A stretch of DNA of 64,000 nucleotides from Octopus sinensis (GCF_006345805.1 NC_043006.1:103354001-103418000), one strand, 5' to 3'. Counted from the first letter of the stretch, positions 13,816 to 28,015 are shown. Numbers and translations: made by a program. The notes: generated from the sequence alone by a model not told the origin.

Positions 13816-14510
13816 GCTAAAAAGGAAAAATTTGGGGGGGAGGGGACCAGTCGATTACATCGACCCCAGTGCATCACTGGTACTTAATTGAGAAACAGAC
13901 TGACCGACCGACAGTCAGACAAACAGACAAACAGATTGATAGACCCATGTTTGCAAAATTGTATATTCGTATACACAGTCACCCACTCATAGACATACGT
14001 AAGTGCCTGTATTAAATATTTTGTATTTAAATCGATTTACCACACTAAAGGAAAGTAAAGTCTTTTAAAGAAAACGGGATGATGTTTAAACTCGAAATAT
14101 CGGGGCCGAACACAAGTTTGATTTTATATGAGCATGCACAGACAGTGTCAAATTTGGTTCAGTTTCTGTCATTATGATACCGGTCCTTTATGTAAACACC
14201 ATACACTATTTGTTGTAGGTTAGTAAATCTTTCTGCTTCTTTCCATACTTTTCCAGCTCCGCTCTGGTATTTTATATATTTCAAAATATATTAAATTCAA
14301 CCGTCATTCTATGATTAACTCCGATGAAGACGGACGTGTACTTGGCATTTTATGTACATACTCACCGGAAACGTACATGCACCGGATCACGGTAGCAAAG
14401 GTTATTTTGTAGTGCGCTGAATAGGTTTCATTACTATAAGTTTATTATTTCATTTGCGGAGATGTACTTGCATGGCAAGTTACCTGATATGAGATCGTGT
14501 GCTGGAGCGA

Positions 14511-14725
14511 AAACAATTGCAGCGTGGAAGGTGTTTATAAACCATTTAAGAAACACACAAAAACCGTTAGATTCACTTCAACATTTAAATTTCGTCAGTG
14601 AACAGGTCGCGGTCTCAAAGCGACGAAAATATTTTGGCAAATTAAATTTAAACGTCGAACTGAATCTAATGGTTTTTGTGTGTTTCTTAAATGGCTTATA
14701 AACACCTTCCTCGCTGCAATTGTTT
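14511..14725. repeat. inverted repeat (65-bp core arms), probable snap-back of a dispersed repeat
   Basis: 14511-14575 versus 14661-14725, 3 mismatches; weaker pairing continues into the spacer. Confidence 0.85.
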
Positions 14726-15293
14726 ATTATTTCATTATTCTAGACAAATTAATCTTATATTGTCTCTTTGGTCGTGTTTTTTGCCAAGGATTTCCATGCG
14801 GAATATTTCTTGTTGCTCATATAAGTTTTATTGCAGTATTAATTTCATCATATACATTTAAGTTAATGATCTTTAAGTACGATCAATTTCCATTATTCGA
14901 GTTGTTGATGCAAAGATATTTACACCACATTTTATCTGTGAGTAATTAAAAGACGTTATTCGACTCCTCTGATAGATTTCTACATCCGACTTTCTGTTGC
15001 AAATATTTCAAATTATAGTTCGTTAATCATCTGTCTACAACCAAACCGCGGGAGGGGCCGATTCAATTTTGGCTTTGCCAGTAAATTCTCGTTAGAGACT
15101 CATGGGCACCGGTAATGATGATTCCATTTCTTATACAAAGTAATTAACTTCCTTTAGAATGGATATATTCGTTCGAATATCTTAATCACCGTCGTCCCAT
15201 ATATATATATATATACATATACCCGCTCGCGCACGCACACACACACATCACACAGAGATGCACTTCTAATGGATGCATGGACGATTGGATACA

Positions 15294-15376
<83 letters not shown>
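15294..15376. repeat. (TATC)n microsatellite
   Basis: Directly visible. Confidence 0.95.
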
Positions 15377-15720
15377 GATTGAATCTTCATTATTGTTTAT
15401 TATGAAAGATATTTTCGTATCAAAGTATGAGACCCGCATAATTTGTTTGTAACGATAAAATTCCCCGAATTCATTTTTATCATTTTCAAGTTATCTTAAC
15501 CTGTGAATTGTTGATGGTTTCCCTTTTTCTCCTTTTGCAAGATGTGGCACACACACGCACACAGTCACGCAGATACACGCACACGCATACACACACCCAC
15601 AAGCCTTCGCTAATGACTATAAAGCAACAATATTGATATATCAGTAATTACTATTTATATATAAATGTATGTATGTATATATATATATGTATATATGTAT
15701 GTATATATATATGTTATATC

Positions 15721-15751
<31 letters not shown>

Positions 15752-16616
15752 TATATAGTATATATATGTATATATAATTACATAGTATATATACGTATAT
15801 ATATATATATATATAGATATATATATATATATAGATTTATGTTATAATTTTGAAACGACGATCAACAATATTGATCTTTCCTCACAGATTCTGTACACAA
15901 AAGAATGAATTGAACGAATTGTTTGCCATGCGATCGATCAATTAACGGGGAAAAAGTGAGGATGGATGGCCTTTAAATGGGAATCGAAACCAGAGTAATA
16001 CGAAGACAATTATATTGAAGACTGCAAGCAAAGAACACGACGTATATTGGCAAGCGTTAAAATTTTAATCTGCAGAACTCACCTCATCAGAAATTTAATA
16101 TCGATGAACGTGATTAAAAGACAATTTCAGAGTAAATTTAAACAACATTCGAGAAATTTGAGATGAAATAAAAGGAAAAAAAATCATTGATCTATCATTT
16201 ACATTTTTTTTTTCCATTCCAGTAGAATAAACATGGAGTAAATAGAATTGAATAAAATAGAAATTAAATTTTCAACTAACAAAATAACGAAGTTTTTCCT
16301 TTGGCAACTCAGAGGAAATACATTGTGTATTTGCGAAGAACAAAATTAAACAATTAAAAGTTAAAAATATGTGACTAAATAAATCGAAGAATATTATATT
16401 CTTTTTTTAAACCATGCAAAACTTATTGAATTAATCATGCAGCATTTTAGATGATTTTTCTTTGTTATTGAGTATATATGCACATATACATATGTCTGTA
16501 TTTACATACATATATATATACATAGATGCATATGTATACGTATATATAACATATACATACATACATATATATATATATGTATATACATATATATATATGC
16601 ATATATATATATATAC

Positions 16617-16662
<46 letters not shown>

Positions 16663-17289
16663 ATATATATATAAGCAAAATATAAGTTTAGAAAATATAA
16701 AATCTGATAATGCTACTCGAACAAGCCTGCCGCCTAGTGGCTAAATCCTGTACAACACTGTCGAAACCGGGTTAACTTATGCTTTTCTCTGTTTTGTTTT
16801 GGTTTTTCTTTTGTCTTTTTAACACCGTCGAAAGATTCAAAAATTTTGAAATTAAACTTATGATTTCCAATGAACCAGGAATTCAAGTTGGTGATAAGGT
16901 CATTATTTTTATTTATAGGACAGCGAAAATTATGATTTGACACGCATTCTTTTTACATGGATATTGACGTAATGAGGATCAGGTCTAACTGTGTTGTTTA
17001 GAAATGTGGGTTGGCGTTCTGCATTGCGTAATATTCTGTTAATTAGTGGAATCAAGAAGAAAGTCCTGCATCCAGCGCGAGATAGCATTTAATATACGTA
17101 CACACAGGATTCAAAATTGAGTTACAATAAGTTTGAATCTTAGGAGAATACTATAGTCGGGCGAGCTTGTAAAGTGTGCTGTATAATATCAGGCAATCTT
17201 TCACACCCAAGGTATAATCCGGTTGCTCCTTGGTAAAAAGCAATAGAGAACGACAAGAAGACGAGAAAATGTATGAAGTGAAAAGAAAT

Positions 17290-18160
17290 CGTAGTTATGT
17301 ACCAACGGTTGGAGTTCTTAGCTCGACGGAAGAAAAACGTAAAGTTTGTGAGAGCGTATGCTTAATCGGAGTGAGGGGCAATAAGAGTGGATATGAGCTC
17401 TTTCGATTATACAATGTTTGCACCAATTTGATCCATAAACTATGGCATGGATCATTCTAATTGTTTTGAGGGTGTGCGGAGTATTGTTGTCCATTAGGCC
17501 CCTAATATGGCTAGCTAGCTTCGTGGTTTTGTTCTTGTTCATATGTCGGAAAGAAACTGGTGGTTAGCATATGTGTTTTTTAAAATCTCTTTCACATGTA
17601 CCAATATACTTTTTCTGTTTGTTAAATATTAACGCATTTCCTGATGAAACTATTAGAGTCGACGAAATTACTAGCTAACATGGGATAAAAATCCACGTTA
17701 TCAAATTTTATGAATATAGTTCTGAACTTGTCTTTAATATGGACAGCATTGTAATTTGTCCACTGTTGTGGTTTAGTAATACTTCTAATTCTTCTATTAA
17801 TACGTTTTAATAAGTTTAGGCGACTAAACTTATTTCAGCTATAGCTGGATTTAAGAGCCTGCAGGCTGGTTTATTGATAGAATTAGGTTTATGGACTTTA
17901 GAAGTTATGAAAGTTACCCTTTTAGCAAAGCATTCTAATATATTATCAATTTTGTTAGGATTAGCCAGAAGTGTCGCCTCATCACAGGTATCGCTATCTC
18001 TGTCTGTATTAGCTATCTTATATTTAGTGGAGATACTATCTTGTCTCAACTTATCATGTAGACCATTATTGATTTCATACACGCTAATAGTCCTATCAGA
18101 AAAAAAGAACGTATCTTTAGGATGTTTAAGGTTTCTAACATCGGATTTTAGTTTAACTTG
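17290..18160 (-). pseudogene. Penelope-like element with internal deletion (RT N-terminal half fused to GIY-YIG)
   Basis: KIDNILECFAKRVTFITSKVHKPNSINKPACRLLNPA and IFIKFDNVDFYP (RT motif A) jump directly to ANHQFSFRHMNKNKTTKLASHI and a Cys-pair segment (endonuclease). Confidence 0.85.
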
Positions 18161-18326
18161 GAAGTAACATCGAATGTTACACCCCACCACACACAGATAC
18201 ACATAGAGAGGCACATTTATATGTATATTCTTGTGTGCACGCTTGTATATGTTTGTATGATATATATATGTGTATATATGCATGTATGTATGCATCTGTC
18301 TGTCTATCTGACTCTCTGTCTCTATA

Positions 18327-18417
<91 letters not shown>

Positions 18418-18424
18418 ATTCTAT

Positions 18425-18575
18425 TTTCTCTCCCTCTTTATTTCTGTGTTCCTTTCTGTCGAAGAGCGCAGGCTCGAGACAGTAAAAGCTTTCTAACACA
18501 GCGAGCCTTAAACTAACACATCTGTTTGTTGTTTACACACCCGTCTTCCGTTTGTTTGTTTTTAGCAACTTTTCA
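18425..18575 (+). mobile_element. PLE-type terminal repeat family B with degenerate hammerhead-like motif (18452-18488)
   Basis: CTTT-CTGTCGA-A-GAGC-GCAG-GCTC-GAGAC-A-GTA-AAAG; homologous to the 41.3-kb and 53.3-kb copies. Confidence 0.7.
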
Positions 18576-18600
18576 ACATATATACATACATACATATATA

Positions 18601-18701
<101 letters not shown>

Positions 18702-18932
18702 CATTGACTGCAAATACATTAGAATAACTTTTACTCTGAGTTTCATGTTCCCGTTCGTCGGAGAGTTTTAGTTTCTAAAACAACCTGTCCGACGAACGGA
18801 AACGTGAAACTATGAGTAACAATTTTTGTGACGCCTTTGCAGCTGTAGCAATAAATTAGTAAAGCATATTACTCTACCTCAGTATTCGAGTACTCTTTTC
18901 ACCACCTTGTTTCGCATTTATGTGCTTACTCT

Positions 18933-18987
<55 letters not shown>

Positions 18988-19269
18988 CATATATATATAT
19001 ATATATAAAGCATATACGAAGTATGCCATATATTTACTTTTAATCTATGATTTATATACCAACTTATATTTGACCCAAAAACACATGTTTCAATTGCCCC
19101 GGGTTAGAACGTTTTAATTGCCATTCGATTTGGCCTTCTTTAAAGATTTTCTTTGAATTATCGCGTTGTATGATGCCGAGGGTCTCGATAGTTTAGACGC
19201 GAACACCTTAATTTTGAGTTTTTTTGGCTATATTCTGTTAACATAGTAGTTGACTCTGACTTAATCAGT

Positions 19270-19314
<45 letters not shown>

Positions 19315-19329
19315 ATATTATATATATAG

Positions 19330-19690
19330 AAAATAGTAAAAAGTGAAAAAAACTACAGAACGCTTGTTTTAGAAGGTTAAAAAATATATATTTGAGTCAA
19401 TATGTCATTTTCCTACAATGACATAGTTTTTGAAGAAAGACCGGTTTCGCGTTCAGCTTTTCAAATTTCTTACATAGTTATGTTTAGGTTGAGAAGAGTT
19501 ATCGTTATGTTTATGTTGAGAGGAGTTCCAGATAAGGGGAGGTAATAAATGATTTCTTCCGGTGTAAGGGAGATAATCGCTTGAAATTTCTTGCCTTTCT
19601 TTTGTAGTGAATTTCTCTGTGTAAGTATGTTGGAATGGTTAAGTTTGGGCTTGTATTTTTGTAGTTTTTTCACTTTTTACTATTTTCTAT
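19330..19690 (-). mobile_element. PLE 3' end and terminal repeat (same family as 51370-51760)
   Basis: KLQKYKPKLN endonuclease C-terminus followed by a repeat homologous to 51400-51750. Confidence 0.8.
19433..19471 (-). ncRNA. minimal hammerhead-like motif, U3-A8 variant
   Basis: RNA: AAGAAAU UUGAAAA GC UGAAC GC GAAAC CG GUC UUUCUU. Confidence 0.55.
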
Positions 19691-19754
19691 ATATTCAACC
19701 ACGTGCTTTCACATACCAACTTTCTCATATATATATATATACATATGGGGGGGG

Positions 19755-20012
19755 GTTAAGTTGCGTGGCTTACTTGTTATGGCATTCCGCTCAGGATCAT
19801 AAGGTCGTGAGTTCAATTCTCAGTGACGTATTGTGTCCTTGCACTTCCTTCAAGCCACACAAATGAATAGTACCTCTATTTCAAAGGGCCAGCCTTGTCA
19901 CACTCACACATTAGATACTCGGCCTGTGGAGTGCTCAGCCACTTACACGATAATTGCACGAGCAAGGTGTACCGTTGATCGTTTCGGCTGGAAACTTCGT
20001 TGTCGTAACCGA
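19755..20012 (+). mobile_element. diverged tRNA-headed SINE sharing the 3' domain of 39260-39640
   Basis: CTGTGGAGTGCTCAGCCACTTACACG...GTAACCGAC.GAGTGCT tail. Confidence 0.7.
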
Positions 20013-20209
20013 CTGAGTGCTCCTAATATATAATATATATATATAATAGATATATATATTATATATATATAATAAAAAATCTATATTATCTTATACATAT
20101 TGTATGAATATTATATATTATATGTATAATTGTATGTATGTATGTATATGTATATATATATATATATATGAAAAAAGGTTTGAAAATGCAATTTAAACGA
20201 TGTTATTTA

Positions 20210-20248
20210 CTTAACCGGTTTCACTCTTTGGTAAAAGATTGTCAAAAG
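20210..20248 (-). ncRNA. minimal hammerhead-like motif, U3-A8 variant
   Basis: RNA: CUU UUGACAA UCUUU UACC AAAGA GU GAAAC CG GUU AAG. Confidence 0.5.
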
Positions 20249-21598
20249 AAACTTTGAATATTATGGGTTCAAAAAAAGTTTTTACATAATTGTCACATTG
20301 AATATTATGATTCAGAAAATGTTTTTTTTATACATATTGTCACCTTACATTATAACTTAGTATATGTATATATATATATATATATATAGTATCTATATAT
20401 AAATATATCATATATATTTCACTTTGGTAAAGCAATACCAATCATCAGTATTTAGAATTCCTTATATCCGTGCTTGCGGATAGAGTGTTCAGCAACAACA
20501 CAGTGTTATAGGAATTAATTCAATCGCAGAGGAATAGCAATGACGTAATCAAATTCCTTAGGTTACAGCGGTGTTCGCTATACGAGCGAGTACACGAGGA
20601 ACTCAGTGCTTGCGCATCGTCTTATAACTTCCTCGGAGCTTTAACAATGTTTCAATGTATGGAATAGGTTACCTTCACGCGAGGAAAACAATTTTAGTCG
20701 GGGAATTTATGTTTGTGTGTGTGTTATGCGATAGAAGCATGTTTCTTCGCTGACACGGTTTATGCTGGCTTTTCCAATGTTTTGGGGCAATTTTTGCCGA
20801 ATATAAAAGCGAAAAGCAGTTTGAAGGAAGTGCACCACCCTTAACCACTAACCCAGGTGCCTGCACACACTCATATATAATAAAAGCTGATCGGTGACAG
20901 AAGCCTCATACTTAAATACTTTTCAGATTCAATACCGGGGCCCCAGATTTGAATCACATTCGGCCCAATGACTCTAATCAATGAAATTGTAAAAGAAAGA
21001 TTAGTATTTATTTTGTACACAAACAATATATCTTACACCTTACTGTAAGCTTTATAATCTGTTTTGGTAGATCAAACTGAGTAAACACAAGTTTACTTGT
21101 AACTCTTTCACCAAGCAAGTCGACATAGATCTAATGGGAAAAGCGAAGGAAATTAGACGAAACAATATAGATAAATATCAGAAAAGACAGAAAAAAAAAC
21201 GATCGGTTTGAAGCGATATATTTCTCAAGAGATACAGAGAAATACATTTAGTAACACAACGAAACAAGTCATCACAGATATTTTCATTTGTGTGTACATC
21301 CCAGTAACAGATAAACCATTAAAGGTAAGGTCTGCTAAGGAAGGAAAGAAGAAAATGACAAGAAATCGTAAATATAGTTTCAAAATGTAATGTATTGATA
21401 AATTCATAGGCAACATAGGTTGGTAAATACATAGAGAACTCAAATATTTAGCCAGACGCGTACATAAATAAACGCTATCTATTTGTCCATCTACCTACCG
21501 GCTCATCTGTAGTATATCGTGGAGAGAATAACATCATGTGCTTGTGTGTGTGTGTATTATGTATGTATATCTATGTGTGTGTGTATTATGGGCATATC

Positions 21599-21633
<35 letters not shown>

Positions 21634-21799
21634 TATGTATATATATATACACACACACACGCACAATGTGCGACGAGTAAATTGTCGTCATTCTATATTT
21701 TTAACTTCGGGCATGCGCATTGTTTGTTTTAGATATTTTCGATTACACAGTATAGTAGGGGCAGTTGGGCACCGTCTGTGAGACAAACAGCAGCATGAC

Positions 21800-22318
21800 G
21801 CAATTCACTTAGCCAAAAATTTGGAAACGACCTGCTGTACTGCTTGGCATTTGCGCCGTAAGCTCTAATACGAATAGATGGTGAACACGCAGAAAAACCG
21901 TTGGCTTGCCATGTCCCCAAAACATGTACCAGAGTGATAAAAATCAAACATCCAGTCAACATCATGGTGTTTGGAATGATCACTAATGATGGCGATGTTA
22001 TGCCGCCATTAATCTTCCCATACGGCCTCAGACTCAACACGCAAGCCTACATTAAGTGCCTAGAGGAGAGAGTGCTGCCTGGTTCAACAAGTTTAACAGA
22101 CTCTGTCCGACAACATCGCTCTGCACTATTCCACACAAGCAAGAGAACCCAGTCATGGCTGTCAGACTATTTCTGCGATTACATTATCACTAACATCTGG
22201 CCACCTGACTCCTCAGACTGCAAACCCTTTATTATAATATGTGGGATGCAGTTGAGCGAGAGACCAACAAATTGCCTTGTAACATCAAAGATGACGGCAA
22301 GAATTATGGCAGTATTCA

Positions 22319-22320
<2 letters not shown>
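21800..22320 (+). pseudogene. IS630-Tc1-mariner transposase fragment (maT/DD37D-like)
   Basis: KHPVNIMVFGMITNDGDVMPPLIFP, HTSKRTQSWL, WPPDSSDCKP, WDAVERETNK. Confidence 0.8.
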
Positions 22321-22353
<33 letters not shown>

Positions 22354-22361
22354 TACATATA

Positions 22362-22585
22362 TACTCTTTTACTCTTTTACTCTTTTACTGGTTTCAGTCA
22401 TTTGACTGTGGCCATGCTGGAGCACCGCCTTTAGTCGAGCAAATCGACCCCATGACTTATTCTTTGTAAGCCCAGTACTTATTCTATTGGTCTCTTTTGC
22501 CGAACCGCTAAGTGACGGGGACGTAAACACACCAGCATCGGTTGTCAAGCAATGCTACGGGGACAAACAGAGACACACAAACACA
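22362..22585 (-). mobile_element. SINE family 1, 3' half
   Basis: (TACTCTTT)n tail and body match the other copies. Confidence 0.9.
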
Positions 22586-22745
22586 CACACACATATACAT
22601 ACATATATATATATATATATATAGTTAATCCAAACATGAAAACACAAACAGAAAACGCAGTCTGCGTTTATGTGATTAATCAGTGTCCTCGAGGACGGTC
22701 CTTCTTCAAAGTACGATGGACGGAGCCCACCGACCATCTCAGTAT

Positions 22746-22978
22746 GCGAGCTGGCAGAAACGTTAGCACGCCGAGCGAAATTCTTGGCAGTATTTCATCT
22801 GCCGCGACGTTCTGAGTTCAAATTCCGTCGAGGTTGACTATGCCTTTCATCTTTTCGGGGTCGATTAAATAAGTACCAGTTATGCACTGGGGCGATATAA
22901 TCGACTTAATCGAGTTAATCCGCTTGTCTGTCTTTGTTCTCTGTGCGTTTACCTCCTTGTGGGTAGTAAAGAAATAGG
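22746..22978 (+). mobile_element. SINE family 2, near full length
   Basis: GCGAGCTGGCAGAAACGTTAGC head, GAGTTCAAATTCC, AAAGAAATAGG end. Confidence 0.9.
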
Positions 22979-23047
22979 AATTTTTCTTTATTAAAATATT
23001 GTGTAATGTAATCGGTTCATTCTTTATGATTAACACTCTACATGTAT

Positions 23048-23081
<34 letters not shown>

Positions 23082-23160
23082 ATATATATATATAATATAT
23101 ATATATATATACTTGGAAATGTATGCGTGGCGCTCAATTAAATAATATAAATAATACAAA

Positions 23161-23193
<33 letters not shown>

Positions 23194-23202
23194 GCATGTG
23201 AA

Positions 23203-23527
23203 GGCGCATGGCTCAGTGGTTAGAGCGTCGAGCTTACGATCGTGAGGTTGTGAGCTCGAATCCCGAACCGGGCTGCGTGTTGTGTTCTCGAGCAAGATAC
23301 TTTATTTCACGTTGCTCCAGTTCACTCTGCTGTAGAAATGAGTTGCGACGTCACTGGTGCCAAGCTGTATTGGCCCCTTTGTCTTTCCCTTGGATAGTGG
23401 CGTGGAGAGGGGAGGCTGGTATGCATGGGCGACTGCTGGCCTTCCATAAACAACCTTGCCCGGACTTGTGTCTAGGAGGGTAACTTTCTAGGTGCAATCC
23501 CATGGTCATTCATGACCGAAGGGGTCT
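23203..23527 (+). mobile_element. tRNA-derived SINE, family 3 (Arg-like head)
   Basis: GGCGCATGGCTCAGTGGTTAGAGCG A-box, AGCTCGAATCCC B-box-like motif, TTACGAT loop, unique GC-richer body. Confidence 0.85.
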
Positions 23528-23599
23528 TTTTTATATATATATATACATACGTACATACATACATTCATGCATACATATATATATATGTTTATATGGGTA

Positions 23600-23808
23600 C
23601 AGGACGTCACCAACTGTAAACAACATGATGTGTGGATGAAGGCGAAATATCTTTAAATGCTCGAAATGAGGAGTACATACAAAGTCGACATCTGATGAAG
23701 GAAGGGTCGTACTTTGAGTTACATCTGTTTTAGCTTTGTCGCTTGTTGTTTGCGCTTTTAACTTGCTTGTTTTCGTACTTCATGCTGTTTACTGTTGGTG
23801 ACGGCCTG
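23600..23808. mobile_element. short element with ~30-bp imperfect inverted termini (TA-CAGG...CCTG-TA)
   Basis: CAGGACGTCACCAACTGTAAACAACATGA versus TCATGCTGTTTACTGTTGGTGACGGCCTG; right half resembles 34610-34735. Confidence 0.7.
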
Positions 23809-23859
23809 TACATATACGCACACACACGAACACACACACACACACACAGACACACACAC

Positions 23860-23903
<44 letters not shown>

Positions 23904-24083
23904 TATATATATATAGATAGATAGATAGATAGATACATACATACATACATACATAAAAATATATATTCAGATGAATATGGTACTTAAGTTGAGGCACCAG
24001 AATTTAGTATGGTATTATCCCTACAGATTCAAAATGACCAAATATTAAAATCAAAATAAGCAACAAGGATATCCAGAGATAAT

Positions 24084-24173
24084 GCAGTACGATCGTTTCA
24101 TGCGACTCCATTTAATTGAAAAATGCAATCATTTCATGACATCAATTTAAAATCTAGAGCAATATTCAGCTGC
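24084..24173 (-). ncRNA. degenerate hammerhead-like motif with long helix II insert
   Basis: GCAG-CUGAAUA ... GAAAC GAUC GUA-CUGC; helix I is perfect, core position 8 is U. Confidence 0.45.
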
Positions 24174-24440
24174 ACAAAGACATAGAATTTGATTAAATTA
24201 GAAGGACACGTTAGTATAATTTTACCCAAAATCTCCAAGAGGAAAAGGAGATAGACAAAGAACATGTTTTGCCAACAATCCCGAGAGTTTGTCTCTTTGT
24301 TCAATTTTCATATTTTCTACTAAATATGACTTACTATCCCAGATTTAAATCCTGGGACACTTAAGCAACATTAACCTTGCAATTATTTCCCTGGATTTTT
24401 CCTTTAAATTGTAATATAAATAAAAATAAATAAATAAATA

Positions 24441-24474
<34 letters not shown>

Positions 24475-25179
24475 ATATATATATATATATATACATAACA
24501 CACACACATTTATATTATATATTTTTGGGGATTCCTTAACGACAATATAACTATCAATTAATTAAGATGTTTTCGACCAGAGGAGTAGCTAGCCGCGTAA
24601 CCCAGAGTATCTGCTATCTAGTAAATATATGTAGCCTGAATTTTACCTGCTCCATTCTCCTTAATTTGGATTTTTATTCGCATTCGGAGCAACTCACGTT
24701 GCTCATCGTGAGCTATAAAATTATTTTCAATTTATCCAACTGAAATATGCGAGAAAACTACAAGCTCCGACGCTAATAGATAATCATTGTTCCTGAACGT
24801 TAATTTTTCATACCTACCATGGAAGCTTACAGACTTCCTAAACTTTGATCCTCGGATCTTATAATTACATATCGATTATATATTCATTCAAGTACTTACT
24901 CCACCAGTCTCGTTTTGCTGCTAGGTGAAACTAAATTCTCCTGTAAACCACGAAATTTAAATAATTTGAAACAATTTCCAATATTCTATTGATTGTCCTC
25001 ATAAGTAAATATTCCGTTACATGCCTTTACGTAAGAACCTGACGTTGGTATTTATACAGATACATGCATACAAACATATATAATCGTATATATTATATAC
25101 AAACACATTTCGTATATGCACGAGACCATGTATACAGACACAACTATGTATGTATATATATGTGTACATACGTATATTT

Positions 25180-25465
<286 letters not shown>

Positions 25466-25675
25466 GCAGATTTATAAGCACAAGTATCGATTAATCTTTC
25501 GTCGTACCACTTCGACTCACATATCAAATCAATTATGCACGCGCCATTAAGTCCATCAATAGCCGTCAAAAATCTGTTTATGGTTGCGTTTCAATACATA
25601 AAGCTCGATTCAGATGAATCTGCTGTTGAACAATATATATATATATATGTATATATATATATCAGTATATATATA

Positions 25676-25709
<34 letters not shown>

Positions 25710-26285
25710 CGTACAGGTACTTATGAATATATAGAACATATGTTTATGCACGTGTATCCATATCTTTGTACTTGTTTACCTTTATTTGCGATCAGCTAAA
25801 TTAATTTGTATTTATTCAAAACTAGCATGCCATTAAATACAAATTATGTGGGATGTGTATCGCATTAGAAAGTCATACCACGTAAGTTTAAAAGCTGAAT
25901 ATTTCTAAATCTTATTTTGAAAATTTATAGAATAAACCGAATAAACTCTAGCTAATAGGCGACTATTGTCAAAAACATTGTGTGGGATGTTAATATATAA
26001 GTGACAGCAGGTGTCTAAGTGTTTAATGTGGCACTCAGGTTAGCAGGGTCGTTATTTTGCTTTTCGGCCTAGGCGGTGCATTATGTACCTGAGCAAAACG
26101 TTCATTTCAATTTGCTCCAGGCCACTCGGTTGTAAATAGGTAACCCTGCGACAGACTGGTGTACGTTTATTCGATTGAATTTATTTGACCTTGATCATAT
26201 AAATTTATGAAATCTTGATACGACATTGAATCCGTGTAAGCGGCCCGATGAGTTCCAAGACGCGAGGCAACAATGTGACTTTCAA

Positions 26286-26670
26286 TACTCTTTTTACTCT
26301 TTTACTTGTTTCAGTTATTTGACTGCGGCCATGCTGGTGCACCGCCTTTAATCGAGCAACTCGACCCCGGGACTTATTCTTTTGTAAGCCCAGTACTTAT
26401 TCTATCGGTCTCTTTTGCCGAACCGGTAAGTAACGGGTACATAAACACACCAGCATCAGTTGTCAAGCAATGCTAGGGGACAAACACAGACACACAAACA
26501 CACACACGCATATATATACATATATACGACGGGTTTCTTTCAGTTTCCGTCTACCAAATCCACTCGGCCCGAGGCTATAGTAGAAGACACTTGCCCAAGG
26601 TGCCACGCAGTGGGACTGAACCCGGAACCATGTGGTTGGCAAACAAGCTACTTACCACACAACCACTCCT
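26286..26670 (-). mobile_element. SINE family 1, near full length
   Basis: Head (AGGAGTGGTTGTGTGGTAAG on minus) to the AGTAAAAG tail. Confidence 0.9.
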
Positions 26671-26680
26671 CAAATATATT

Positions 26681-26736
<56 letters not shown>

Positions 26737-27214
26737 TATATATATATTATATTATAATAAACTATACGTGAGCAAAATAAGAAATGATAGAGAAAATGCT
26801 AGAATAATTTTCTCATGAAGTACATTTATTATCGTTTTCCGTCTTTTAGACTTTATCAAGTAAGACTAAAATATAAAAAGCAATTAAATTGGAGAAAAAT
26901 TAAGTGAAATGTTTTGTAAATATTCCCATAGTCTTCAAATAGTCTGTATGTGTGTTTGTCTGTCTGTCTGTCTGTCTCTCTCTCTTGCCTTGTGAATGCT
27001 TGGTAGGTAGTAGCAAATATGAAGAAATAGTTTTAGGAGTACAGAGAATTAATGGTTTAAGGAGGAGCAGCCAAGGATCGAGAAGAAGCACGAGAACGAA
27101 AAGAAGAAGGAGAAGGAGGAGGAGGAGGAGGAGGAGGAGAAGAAATTGAAGAAGGAAGAGAAGTAGGAATAAGGAAAGAAGAGGAAGAAGGATAAAGAAA
27201 AGAAAGACGGGAGT

Positions 27215-27485
27215 GTTGTGACAGATTGTTCGTGGAATCTTCTTTAATGGCCAAATGCCTTAGAAGTGACATATTGTGGTCGAAGCTGTAGCGGCTGAAA
27301 TTGTTCTCAATTCTTGTAGTAGTTTCCTCTGTGGTGCAAGCATTCAAACGAGGTTTATATTTTGCGATAACATATGCTTCTTTGCTAATGCGCTAATTAT
27401 AGTTTGTATTGTACCTAAATTTATAGAGGGGGAAAATTCTAATGTTGTGTTGTTCGTTAGTGGCACACATAGTGAAGGTACCTAC
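27215..27485 (-). pseudogene. PLE GIY-YIG C-terminal fragment
   Basis: IRIFPLYKFRYN...RISKEAYVIAKYKPRLNA; homologous to 32745-32960. Confidence 0.7.
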
Positions 27486-27489
27486 TCCT

Positions 27490-28015
27490 AATGACCTCAA
27501 ATTAAGAACAATAATAGCAGGCCCCGCAGGTGAAACTCAAATTTTTTAGACACCCTCTTAAAACCATTCCTCAAACATATCTAAAGCTACATCAGGGACG
27601 ACATAGATATGCTCAATCAATAAGTAAAACAATAAATAAAAACACCCAATTAGTATCCTTTAATATAGTCATCCTCTAGTCTAATATTCCCCACAACCTA
27701 AGAATAGAAGCAATCCAATTCTGCCAAGAGAATTACTTCACTGAATTCCCGACGCATCAAAACAGAAATCGTAATAGAAAGGCTAAAATTCATCTTTGAA
27801 AAAAAAAACTTCTTCTATTTAATGACAACTTCTATTGATAGGCATCGGGGACTACGATGGGTACGCGAATGGCCCACGCCTTTACCAACCTAGTAATGGG
27901 GTAACTAGAAATCAATCCGTATTGTAAGGTACTTGAAAAATACGGAAACCCATTCTCTCTGTACATAGAAAATAACTGGAAAAGATATCTAGATGGCTGC
28001 TTCATTCACTTGAAG
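27490..28015 (+). pseudogene. PLE reverse transcriptase core relic
   Basis: Across frames: IIAGPAGET, FLDTLLKPFLKHI*SYIRDDIDML, GTTMGTRMAHAFTNLVMG, NWKRYLDGCFIH (YxDD-equivalent). Confidence 0.88.

Noticed and set aside
17640-17675. CTGATGA...CGAAA on plus
   Set aside because: Antisense within PLE coding sequence, with no helix I or III complementarity.
23203-23275. tRNA gene candidates at SINE heads (also 39260, 39830, 50561)
   Set aside because: No proper cloverleaf, and each continues into a SINE body.
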